NCBI GenBank assembly: GCA_030605805.1
Contig: JAUWHQ010000049.1
Location: 6,863-30,862 of the forward strand
Length of the DNA: 24,000 bases
Direction: 5' to 3'
DNA from: Methanosarcinales archaeon
GTDB taxonomy: Archaea; Halobacteriota; Methanosarcinia; Methanosarcinales; Methanogasteraceae
Shown: one piece after another, positions 7,302-15,700 of the stretch
Position numbering within the stretch: position 1 is the stretch's first letter
How the letters are laid out: every line of letters starts with the position of its first letter
Made by a program: the position numbers and the translations under genes
Notes under the pieces: generated by a model
The model's database searches: none
Seen by the model: only the letters and a program-made list of their open reading frames with translations
What the model was told of the DNA's origin: nothing

Positions 7302-8071
7302 ATCATGGCGCAAACTGGCGGGCTGATCTGAAGGCGGTGCATGCGATCGCCAGAAGAGAGGTAATACGGTTTCTGCGTGCAAAGTCACGGATCGTGGCAT
7401 CGGTAGCGATGCCGCTCATCTGGTTTTGTGCATTCGGACTCGGGCTTGGCTCGGCATTCGGAATGAAACATGGCGAAATCGGCTATGCAGAGTTCCTGGC
7501 TCCGGGAATCGTTGCGATGACTGTCCTCTTCGCAGCAACCTTCTCTGGCATGTCGATCATCGTGGACAAGGAGTTCGGAATCTTAAAAGAGCTCCTCGTC
7601 GCCCCTATATCGAGGGTTTCTCTCGTTTTAGGGAAGCTCCTCGGAGGCATGGCAACGTCGCTCATCAGAGCGATACTGATAGTGATTCTGTTCTGCGTGA
7701 TGCTGGAGATAGAGATGGGCGTTCTCGAGTACTGCGGAGTGTTTGTTGTTGTATGCCTGATAGCCATCGGATTCGGAGGACTGGCGATTGCGATCGCAAC
7801 AAGGATGGAAAGCATGGAGGGATTCGGACTGATCGTGGAGCTTATCGTCATGCCCATATTCTTCTTAAGCGGTGCTTTCTTTCCGGTTGAGGGGTTGCCG
7901 GGGTGGTTCTCAACTGTGGTCGTTTTAAATCCGCTCACGTATGGTGTGGATGGGCTCCGGCTTCTCATGATCGGCGCAGGGAGCTTTAGTTTACTGCATG
8001 ACTTTGGCGTGCTCATCGTCTTTGATCTGGTCGTTGTTCTCTTCGCGGCATACCTCTTCGGGAAGGGGTAG
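7298..8071 (+). CDS. ABC-2 type transporter permease
   Basis: The GTG start overlaps the ATPase stop (GTGA). The product is 257 aa with about 6 hydrophobic segments and the usual ABC-2 layout, adjacent to a DrrA-like ATPase. Confidence 0.8.
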   Translation: MNHGANWRADLKAVHAIARREVIRFLRAKSRIVASVAMPLIWFCAFGLGLGSAFGMKHGEIGYAEFLAPGIVAMTVLFAATFSGMSIIVDKEFGILKELLVAPISRVSLVLGKLLGGMATSLIRAILIVILFCVMLEIEMGVLEYCGVFVVVCLIAIGFGGLAIAIATRMESMEGFGLIVELIVMPIFFLSGAFFPVEGLPGWFSTVVVLNPLTYGVDGLRLLMIGAGSFSLLHDFGVLIVFDLVVVLFAAYLFGKG

Positions 8072-8150
8072 AGACGTAGGCTAAGACTCGGATTGTCGAA
8101 GTGTGGGGTGTGAAAGAGTGGGTGGTTTGTCTACTGATTCATGTTATGCT

Positions 8151-8266
8151 GATGATCGAAAGTCTTAAGTAATGAATTAAGTATCTATAATTCGCATGCG
8201 CTATGTAACATATATCGTGCATATAACTACATAAAGTAAAAATCCGCCATAAGGAGATATTATACA
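8151..8266 (+). promoter_or_regulatory. Leader cassette copy B
   Basis: gatgatCGAAAGTCTTAAGTAatgaat is followed by cTATAATTcg. The hairpin arms ATGCGC/GTGCAT (8196-8222) enclose ATGTAACAT (8203-8211). AAGGAG lies before ATG 8267. Confidence 0.6.
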
Positions 8267-8842
8267 ATGGGAATGAATACAACATTGGTTGGAATAGCCC
8301 TGGCAATGCTCTTGCTGGCATTGCCCGCGGCTGCATCTGACTACACGCTCGGCATCTTCGGGAATGCAAACGAAGATGACACAATCAACATGCAGGATGT
8401 GACGTACACCGAGCTAATCATCCTCGAATACAGGGACAGAACAGAGCTTTCCGATGCAAAGTATGATGATAGGATCAACATGCAGGAGGTCGATGACTGG
8501 ATCTTCGATGACATCACAAAGACGTTCATCCTCGACGATGAGATGCGGAAGTTCTTCGAGGAGAACAACCCGTGGGCGCTCGAAGAGATCGGAAGAATGC
8601 TCCTTGAGGCTTATGAGCGAGGACTGTGGGATGCAGACCCTGAGGTGATCGACGGACTGAAGAACGCATACCTCGAGATGGAGGGCTGGATCGAGGAGCG
8701 CATGGGCGACGTGAAAGGCGACTTCCAGGGCGGATCGATCGATGTGATGACGATGGCGGATGTCGCCGGCTGGAAGGAGAAGGTCGAGAAGGTCCTGAAG
8801 ACCGGATCCGATATACGAGTCAGTCAAGGAGAGGTGACGTGA
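8267..8842 (+). CDS. Chimeric ORF: signal peptide plus 1.5 dockerin repeats fused in frame to a CobN / Mg-chelatase-H C-terminal tail
   Basis: Residues 1-75 (to nt 8491) are MGMNTTLVGIALAMLLLALPAAA|SDYTLGIFGNANEDDTINMQDV...DAKYDDRINMQEV. The remainder, DDEMRKFFEENNPWALEEIGRMLLEAYERGLWDADPEVIDGLKNAYLEMEGWIEE, matches the conserved extreme C-terminus of CobN/ChlH/BchH (..EMR..L.E.NP......FLEA..RG.W......I..L...Y.E.E..IE). Confidence 0.7.
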   Translation: MGMNTTLVGIALAMLLLALPAAASDYTLGIFGNANEDDTINMQDVTYTELIILEYRDRTELSDAKYDDRINMQEVDDWIFDDITKTFILDDEMRKFFEENNPWALEEIGRMLLEAYERGLWDADPEVIDGLKNAYLEMEGWIEERMGDVKGDFQGGSIDVMTMADVAGWKEKVEKVLKTGSDIRVSQGEVT

Positions 8843-8846
8843 TAAT

Positions 8847-10220
8847 ATGGCTACGGCAACGGGAGAAAGTCACACAGTAACCGCAGACGAGATCAGAGAG
8901 CAGTACAAGAAGTTCGTCGGAAGGAAGATATTCTTCATCTTCTTCTTCATAGCCCTGATCGTCGGAATAACAGGAGTCTCCACATCGCTCGGGTCTGCAG
9001 ACCTCACGGTCTGGGACTCTTATTCATCGATACTCAGAAAACCGTTCCCGAATACGTTCGAGTCAAAGTATATCTTCACATTGGACGATGTTCCTGGAAG
9101 CGATGGTGAGAGACTCAAACAATACCTCATAGATGAATACGGTATCGTCTGGGTGCAAAGTGCAGAGATCAGCAAATCCGCGGACGGTAAAATCACTATT
9201 ACCGGTGAAGGTGACAATAACGTCGAAATCATGCTTGATGAAAGGGATACGGAAAAAATGACCGTAAAAATCAGCGGTGATATAGATCCGGGTCACAGAG
9301 TCAACGATTTCAAAGTTAAAGAGGTGAACGGCGAGCTCCACATACACGAGTCGACATGGCTTGCAGATGTCTGCGTCTGGAATCTCAGGCTCCCCAGAAT
9401 CATCCTCGGCATCGTGGCAGGCATCGGTCTTGGACTTGCAGGTGCGGTGATGCAGGCGATACTCAGAAATCCGCTTGCAAGCCCGTACACGCTCGGAATC
9501 TCGTCAGGAGCGGGGTTCGGCGCTTCGCTTGCAATTCTCGCTGGTGCAGGCTTCGTCGGTGGGAAATATCTTATCATCGGAAACGCATTCGTATTCGCGC
9601 TGCTGGTTTCGTTTATCATCCTCGGATTATCGAGCCGCAAAGGCGCAACGCCTGAAACGATGATTCTCGCGGGTATTGCGATGATGTACCTATTCGGCGC
9701 GATGACAACAATTCTTCAGTACTTTGGCGAGGCAGAGGCTGTGAAGGAAGCTGTCTTCTGGATGGTTGGTGACCTCAACAGGGCATCGTGGTCCGTTGTG
9801 ACGATCGTGTCGGTTGTGATCGCTCTCTGCACCCCATACCTCCTGGCAAAGTCCTGGGACCTGAACGTGATGGGCGCAGGAGATGAGACTGCGAAGAGTC
9901 TTGGTGTGAATGTGAAGCGCACCCGGGTCACAACGATGATTGTCTCAACAGTAATGGTCGCAACCATCGTCTCTTTCACAGGCACGATCGGGTTCATCGG
10001 GCTCGTTGCCCCGCACATGACACGTCTGGCTATCGGAGGCGATAACAGGTACGTGCTTCCGGTTTCAGGTCTCTTAGGTGCGGTGATTCTCATCAGCGCA
10101 GACCTTGTGGCAAGAAGGATCATAGCTCCTGTAATCCTCCCTGTTGGAGCGGTGACCGCATTTATGGGAGCTCCACTCTTTCTTTACCTGATAATGAGAC
10201 GAAGGAGGGAATACTGGTGA
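8847..10220 (+). CDS. FecCD/BtuC-family ABC importer permease with a ~96-aa insertion in the first extracytoplasmic loop
   Basis: The C-terminal 330 aa or so are typical FecCD (WNLRLPRI, NPLASPYTLGISSGA, GDETAKSLGVNV, FIGLVAPH, EYW). 9066-9353 has no counterpart in the paralog 11002-11997. Confidence 0.85.
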   Translation: MATATGESHTVTADEIREQYKKFVGRKIFFIFFFIALIVGITGVSTSLGSADLTVWDSYSSILRKPFPNTFESKYIFTLDDVPGSDGERLKQYLIDEYGIVWVQSAEISKSADGKITITGEGDNNVEIMLDERDTEKMTVKISGDIDPGHRVNDFKVKEVNGELHIHESTWLADVCVWNLRLPRIILGIVAGIGLGLAGAVMQAILRNPLASPYTLGISSGAGFGASLAILAGAGFVGGKYLIIGNAFVFALLVSFIILGLSSRKGATPETMILAGIAMMYLFGAMTTILQYFGEAEAVKEAVFWMVGDLNRASWSVVTIVSVVIALCTPYLLAKSWDLNVMGAGDETAKSLGVNVKRTRVTTMIVSTVMVATIVSFTGTIGFIGLVAPHMTRLAIGGDNRYVLPVSGLLGAVILISADLVARRIIAPVILPVGAVTAFMGAPLFLYLIMRRRREYW

Positions 10221-10984
10221 AACTAAGAGTAAACAATGTCGAATTCGCATACAATAGCACGCCAGTTCTTGAAAGCATATCCATGGAACTGGATCGATCA
10301 GAGATGCTCGGCATCGTGGGTCCGAACGGTGCCGGCAAATCCACGCTGATCCGGTGTGTCGACCGGATCCTGACTGCAAGAGGAGGAACCATCCTCCTGG
10401 ATGAGAATGACATCAGCAAGATGACGAGAATGGAGATTGCAAGGAGGATGGGCTATGTGCCCCAGACCACGACACGCGTCTTTCCTGCCACGGTCTTTGA
10501 CACCGTCCTCATGGGAAGACGCCCGCATCTCGGATGGAAGAGTAGCGAGGAGGACGTGGACAAAGTTCTGGAGATTCTGGAACTCCTCGGGATCATGGAG
10601 TTTGCGATGAGGGACTTTAACGAGATCAGCGGAGGTCAGCAGCAGAAGGTCCTGATCGCACGGGCGCTTGCGCAGGAAGCGGATATTCTTCTACTGGATG
10701 AGCCCACAAGCAATCTCGACATACGGCACCAGCTCGAGGTGATGGATATCATGAAGGGCATCGTGAGGAAGAAGGGGATCTCTGCGATCGTTGCGATCCA
10801 TGACCTGAACCTTGCTTCGAGATACACCGATAGACTGCTCATGATGAATGGCGGCAGGATCTTTGCAGCAGGGGATCCTGAGTCGGTGCTCACTGTTGAG
10901 AACATCAGGCGTGCTTATGGTGTGGAAGCACTGGTGAAGAGCGATGGAGAGAGACCGTACATCATTCCGGTGAGACCGGTGTGA
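10217..10984 (+). CDS. ABC importer ATP-binding protein (FepC/FecE/BtuD-like)
   Basis: The GTG start overlaps the permease stop (GTGA). Walker A is GPNGAGKST, the signature is ISGGQQQKV, Walker B is ILLLDEPTSNLD, and the H-loop is AIHDLN. Confidence 0.9.
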   Translation: MKLRVNNVEFAYNSTPVLESISMELDRSEMLGIVGPNGAGKSTLIRCVDRILTARGGTILLDENDISKMTRMEIARRMGYVPQTTTRVFPATVFDTVLMGRRPHLGWKSSEEDVDKVLEILELLGIMEFAMRDFNEISGGQQQKVLIARALAQEADILLLDEPTSNLDIRHQLEVMDIMKGIVRKKGISAIVAIHDLNLASRYTDRLLMMNGGRIFAAGDPESVLTVENIRRAYGVEALVKSDGERPYIIPVRPV

Positions 10985-11001
10985 TCGGGAGACTATAGAT
11001 C

Positions 11002-11997
11002 ATGTCGGTATCAACAGGGAGGATAGCGCTCTTTGTGGTCGTTCTCCTGCTCACAATCGTGGCTTTGGTGGGCAGTTCCGTAGTCACCGGATCTTCAGCT
11101 GTAACCGTGGACGATGCCCATTCTGCAATCCTGCACAAGTTCTTCCCGGACCGCTATGAGCCGAACTGGCTTGCAGATGTATGCGTCTGGAATCTCCGGT
11201 TTCCCCGCATCCTCCTTGCCATACTGGCAGGCATCTCTCTCGGGGCTGCGGGCGCTATCATGCAGTGGGCACTTAAGAATCCGCTTGCTTCGCCATACAC
11301 GCTTGGAATTTCACACATAGTGGCGTTCGGCACATCTATTACCATACTCTTTGGCTTTGGATATATTGGAGGGAAATTCGTTATCATAGGGGCTGCCGGA
11401 ATCTCTGCCCTGATAGCGACAGTGATCATCCTTTATATCTCAAGCCGCAGGTGGGCGACCCCTGAACGGGTCGTACTGATAGGCATCGTGATGATGATTC
11501 TCTTCGGTGCATTGACTACGATACTCATGTACTTTGGCGCGGCAGAGGCTGTGAAGGAGGCGGCATTCTGGATGGTAGGTAGCCTCAACCGGGCATCGTG
11601 GAACGTGCTGGCATACATGGCTGGCACAATTGTGCTCTGTGCGATTCTCCTACTCCTGCTGATCTTCCTGCCATCACTCTTCGGTGTAGATGAGAGGCGT
11701 ATCAGAACATCTGCAATGGTTGTTGCGAGTCTTCTTACCGCAATCACGGTCTGTTTCACAGGAACGATTGGATTCGTCGGGCTATTGGCTCCGCATATCT
11801 GTCGTCGGGTCATCGGAGATTATCCCAGGTTTGTAATTCCGGTATCAGGACTTGTTGGCGCGGTACTGCTACTTGGATCGGACCTGGTGGCAAGAACGGT
11901 CATTTCACCGGTTATTCTCCCTGTGGGTGTGTTGACAACACTGATGGGTGCTCCGTTACTTGTGTATCTCATAGTGCGAGAGGGGATAAGAGGTTGA
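11002..11997 (+). CDS. Second FecCD-family permease, probable heterodimer partner
   Basis: WLADVCVWNLRFPRILLAILAGISLGAAGAIMQ, NPLASPYTLGIS and GFVGLLAPH are present. The conserved L..G...A.SLG.N block is replaced by LFGVDERRIR, a roughly 10-aa deletion relative to 8847-10220. Confidence 0.8.
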   Translation: MSVSTGRIALFVVVLLLTIVALVGSSVVTGSSAVTVDDAHSAILHKFFPDRYEPNWLADVCVWNLRFPRILLAILAGISLGAAGAIMQWALKNPLASPYTLGISHIVAFGTSITILFGFGYIGGKFVIIGAAGISALIATVIILYISSRRWATPERVVLIGIVMMILFGALTTILMYFGAAEAVKEAAFWMVGSLNRASWNVLAYMAGTIVLCAILLLLLIFLPSLFGVDERRIRTSAMVVASLLTAITVCFTGTIGFVGLLAPHICRRVIGDYPRFVIPVSGLVGAVLLLGSDLVARTVISPVILPVGVLTTLMGAPLLVYLIVREGIRG

Positions 11998-12054
11998 AAT
12001 GACATAAAAAATATACCAGGAGTCTTAATTAAATGAATAAACACGAAACAGACG

Positions 12055-12269
12055 CGATCCGTCGCTTTCACGTACGTGCACGGATGTATCAGCCAGCAGC
12101 AATGCTCGTTCATGGTATAGCATCGATGCCTGCGAAGAACGCGGGCGCACTGATGGCTGTCGGCGGCATCGAGGGGCAGAGAACATCAGACATGCGTATG
12201 GCGGTGGAGGCTATGGTGAAGAGCGGTGGAGAGAGACCGTGCATCGTTCCGATAAGACCTGTCAATTAG
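12055..12269 (+). pseudogene. Frameshifted 3' remnant of a FepC-like ABC ATPase
   Basis: The ORF end MRMAVEAMVKSGGERPCIVPIRPVN parallels IRRAYGVEALVKSDGERPYIIPVRPV of 10217-10984. An adjacent frame reads AENIRHAYG. The upstream ARMYQPAAMLVHG resembles ASRYTDRLLMMNGG. No Walker motifs remain. Confidence 0.7.
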
Positions 12270-12402
12270 GTGAGGTGGTCGAGACTGCAAAAAAAGGCAG
12301 GAACTTGCTTGATGAAGAATCCTGCAAGGTCTCCAGCGTATGGTCTGAAAGATCGTGGGTATGGATAGCGGGCAACAGATTTACTGGTTTATGATACGAT
12401 AC

Positions 12403-12511
12403 TGATCGAAAGTTTTAAGTTCTGAATAAAAAGATTCACAATTTACACGCGTGATGTAGCATATATTGTGTATGTAATCACACAAAATAAAAAATAAGAG
12501 GTTAATATACA
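12403..12511 (+). promoter_or_regulatory. Leader cassette copy C
   Basis: tgatCGAAAGTTTTAAGTtctgaat is present. The hairpin arms ACACG/TGTGT (12445-12471) enclose ATGTAGCAT (12454-12462). AAGAGG lies before ATG 12512. Confidence 0.55.
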
Positions 12512-12787
12512 ATGAGAATAAATACAATATTGATTGGGATAATCATGCTGTTATCAACATTACCAGTGGCTGCGTCCGACTGCACACTCGAGATCTCCGG
12601 CAATGCCAACGAGGATGACACCATAGATATGCAGAATTTGACTCATACCAAATCCATCATCCTCGAATACGGAGATCAGACCCAAGCTCGGAGATGTAAA
12701 CAACGATGGCAGGATCACCACAGCAGACTCGCTGCTCGCACTCCGGATGGCTGCCGGGAGTGTGGCTCCGGACATGGAACGCGCTGA
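12512..12787 (+). CDS. Signal peptide plus half a class-A dockerin; apparently the frameshifted 5' end of the giant surface-protein gene
   Basis: MRINTILIGIIMLLSTLPVAA|SDCTLEISGNANEDDTIDMQNLTHTKSIILEYGDQT is homologous to the other leaders up to about 12680. Beyond that point this frame is noise, and the +1 frame reads KLGDVNNDGRITTADSLLALRMAAG. Confidence 0.6.
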   Translation: MRINTILIGIIMLLSTLPVAASDCTLEISGNANEDDTIDMQNLTHTKSIILEYGDQTQARRCKQRWQDHHSRLAARTPDGCRECGSGHGTR

Positions 12788-15700
12788 TGTGAATGCCGAT
12801 GGCAGGGTGAACTCGCTTGATGCGCTCATGATACTGATGATGGCAGAGAAGACGCAAGTGTGTGTCAATGCTCCGGAAGTTGTGTCTGGTACGTTTGAGG
12901 TCACGATCGACATCCACAATGTTGCTGATCTCGATTCCGGGCAGTTCGATCTCTCGTTTGATCCGGGTGTTGTAAACGTGACTGCGGTCTATGACGGAAA
13001 CATAGCCGGCAGACAGGTGCCGGTAGAGTCATGGAAGTTCATGGACGCAGGTACGATTCGCGTGCTCTTCAATACCATCGGTATCTGCGGGGTCAGCGGG
13101 TCCGGATATGTGGCAAGGATAGACTTTGAGGTAACCGGATCGCATGGGGATATTAGCGTTCTGGACTTATCGGATGTGGGGCTTGTTGATACGGGCGCAG
13201 GTGCGATACCAGCAGTCCGGATTGATGATGAGGTGACCATTGGAGAGCATACTCCGGTAAATCAGGTTCGCAACATAAACACTGGTGAAATCTTTTCCTC
13301 CATCAAGGACGCAATCAATGACTATGATACATCGGATGGGCATACAATCGAGGTCGGAGATGGTGTTTACCACGAGAACGTGAAAGTCACCAAATCCCTA
13401 ACGATTCGGTCTCTGAATGGGTCCGCTGATTGCATTATTCAGGGTGCAAGGCGACGTGAGCATGTCGTTACAGTAACCGCAGATTGTGTGAATGTGAGCG
13501 GTTTTACGGTGAATGGAGCAACATCCCGTAAAGCCGGGATATATCTTAATGCAGGTTACTGCAACGTTTCCACAAATAACTGTTCAAATAATTATATCGG
13601 CATCCACCTCGATGGTTCAAACAACAACATCATATCGGGCAATGACTGCTCAAACAACGGGGGTGAAGGTATCTACCTTGACGGTTCAAGCAACAACCGC
13701 GTATCAAGCAATAATTGCTCGAACAACAGGGGCGATGGCATCTACATCAGTGGTTCAAGCAACAACAAATTAACAGGCAATATCATGTTTGAAGGTGGGA
13801 TATTTATCGGGGGCGACTCACTGAGTGATTACACGCATGAGATAGACGAAACGAATACGGTGAACGGAAAACCAGTTTATTACCGGAAGGATATTGAATG
13901 TGGGAGAATCCCCGACGGAGCTGGTCAGGTAATACTTGTGAATTGCAGGGACGTTCTGGTTGAAAATCAAGAATTGAACAATGGGGGCGTTGGTGTAGAA
14001 GCGGTCTTCTCTTCAAATATCACAGTAAGAAACAACAATTGCTCGAACAACCGACATGATGGCATCTATTTCTTTCATTCAAGTAACAGCGCCATATTGG
14101 GCAATAATTGCTCGAACAACCGACATGATGGCATCGACCTCGATGGTTCAAGCGACAACAGCATATCAGGCAACAACTGCCCAAACAACCAACGCGGCAT
14201 CGACCTCGATGGTTCAAGCGACAACAGCATATCGAGCAATAATTGCTCGGATAACTGGGTTGGCATTGACCTCGATGGTTCAAGCAACAACAACATATCA
14301 GGCAACAACTGCTCAAACAACCAACGCGGCATCTATTTCTCTCATTCAAGCAACAACGCCATATTGGGCAATAATTGCTCGAACAACCACGGGGGTGGCA
14401 TCTGCCTCTATTGTTCCAGTAACAACGATATATCACGCAATAATTGCTCAGATGGTGGGGCTGGCATCCGTCTCTGGGGTTCAAGCAACAGCAAATTAAC
14501 AGGCAATATCATGTTTAAAGGTGGAATAGTTATTGAGGGTGGTTCACTGAGCGATTACGCGCATGAGATAGACAAAAGCAACATAGTGAACGGTAAGCCG
14601 GTTTATTACTGGAAGGATGTGGACGGGGGACGCATTCCAGATGGTGCCGGGCAGGTAATTCTCGTTGATTGCAGTAATGTTTTGGTTGAAGAGCAGAACT
14701 TAAACGATTTGGACACCGGTATAACAGTCGCTTTCTCTTCCTATCTTACTTTAAAAAACAACAACTGCTCAAATAACCGGGGTGGCATCCGCCTCTATGA
14801 ATCAGGTAACAACCGCATATCTGGCAACAATTGCTCAAACAACAACCAACGTGGCATCGACCTCGATGATTCAATCGACAACAGTATATCCGGTAATAAT
14901 TGCTCGAACAACCACTGGAATGGCATCAGCCTCGGTGGTTCAAGCAACAACCGTATATCGGACAATACTTGCTCAAACAACTGGAATGGCATCAGCCTAT
15001 ATGGTTCAAGCAACAACCGCATATCGGACAATACTTGCTCAAACAACGAGGGGGATGACGTCTGCCTCTGCAGTTCAAGCAACAGCAAATTAACAGGCAA
15101 TATCATGTTTGGGACTGGAATAATCATTAGTGGCAGATCACTTAGCTGTTACATGCATGAGATCGACAAAACGAACACGGTGAACGGAAAACCGGTTTAT
15201 TACTGGAATGATATCAAATCCGGGAGAATTCCCGAAGGAGCGGGTCAGGTAATACTTGTGAATTGCAAGGATGTTCTGGTTGAAGATCAGGAATTGAACA
15301 ATGTACGCGTTGGTATAGACGTGGTATTCTCTTCATATATTGTGATACGAAACAATGATTGCTCAAAAAACAAGCATGTGGGCATCCGCCTCTATGAATC
15401 CTGCAACAACGCGGTATCAAGCAATAATTGCTCAAACAGCCGGAATGGTATCTATCTCGAGGAATCATACAGCAATGCTATATTCCTTAACAATTTTATA
15501 AACAACACCGATAACACCTATTTCCGTTCCTCCACAAACATCTGGAACTCAACAGCAAGGATAAACTACACCTACAAAGACATGCCGTTCACGAACTATT
15601 TAGGCAACTACTGGGATGATTACGAAGGAAGCGATTTGGGCGGGGATGGAATTGGCAATTCGCCCCATGATATATGTCCGGACGTGGATAATTTCCCGTT

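Noticed and set aside
7426-8016. ORFs 7426-7890 (+) and 7483-8016 (-) overlapping the ABC-2 permease gene
   Set aside because: The permease frame gives a coherent polytopic membrane protein coupled to the ATPase by a GTGA overlap. The overlapping frames are Arg/Ser-rich noise.
12033-12269. 78-aa ORF as a genuine small gene
   Set aside because: Its C-terminus and neighbouring frames are colinear with the 3' third of the FepC-like ATPase gene. It is best read as a frameshifted remnant, not a functional gene.
12675-12690. Programmed +1 ribosomal frameshift joining the leader to the giant ORF
   Set aside because: I see no recognisable slippery or stall motif, such as a rare or stop codon in the 0 frame at the shift site. 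A simple indel or assembly error at the CCC run is more parsimonious. The idea is kept only as a remote alternative in the findings.
14020-14499. Cys-rich antisense ORF (14020-14484, minus strand) and alternative-frame ORFs (for example 14056-14499, 14782-15093, 16846-17139, 17566-17850, 18097-18363)
   Set aside because: These are shadow ORFs created by the repetitive, stop-poor coding repeat of the giant gene. They have no start context, and their periodic composition mirrors the sense frame.
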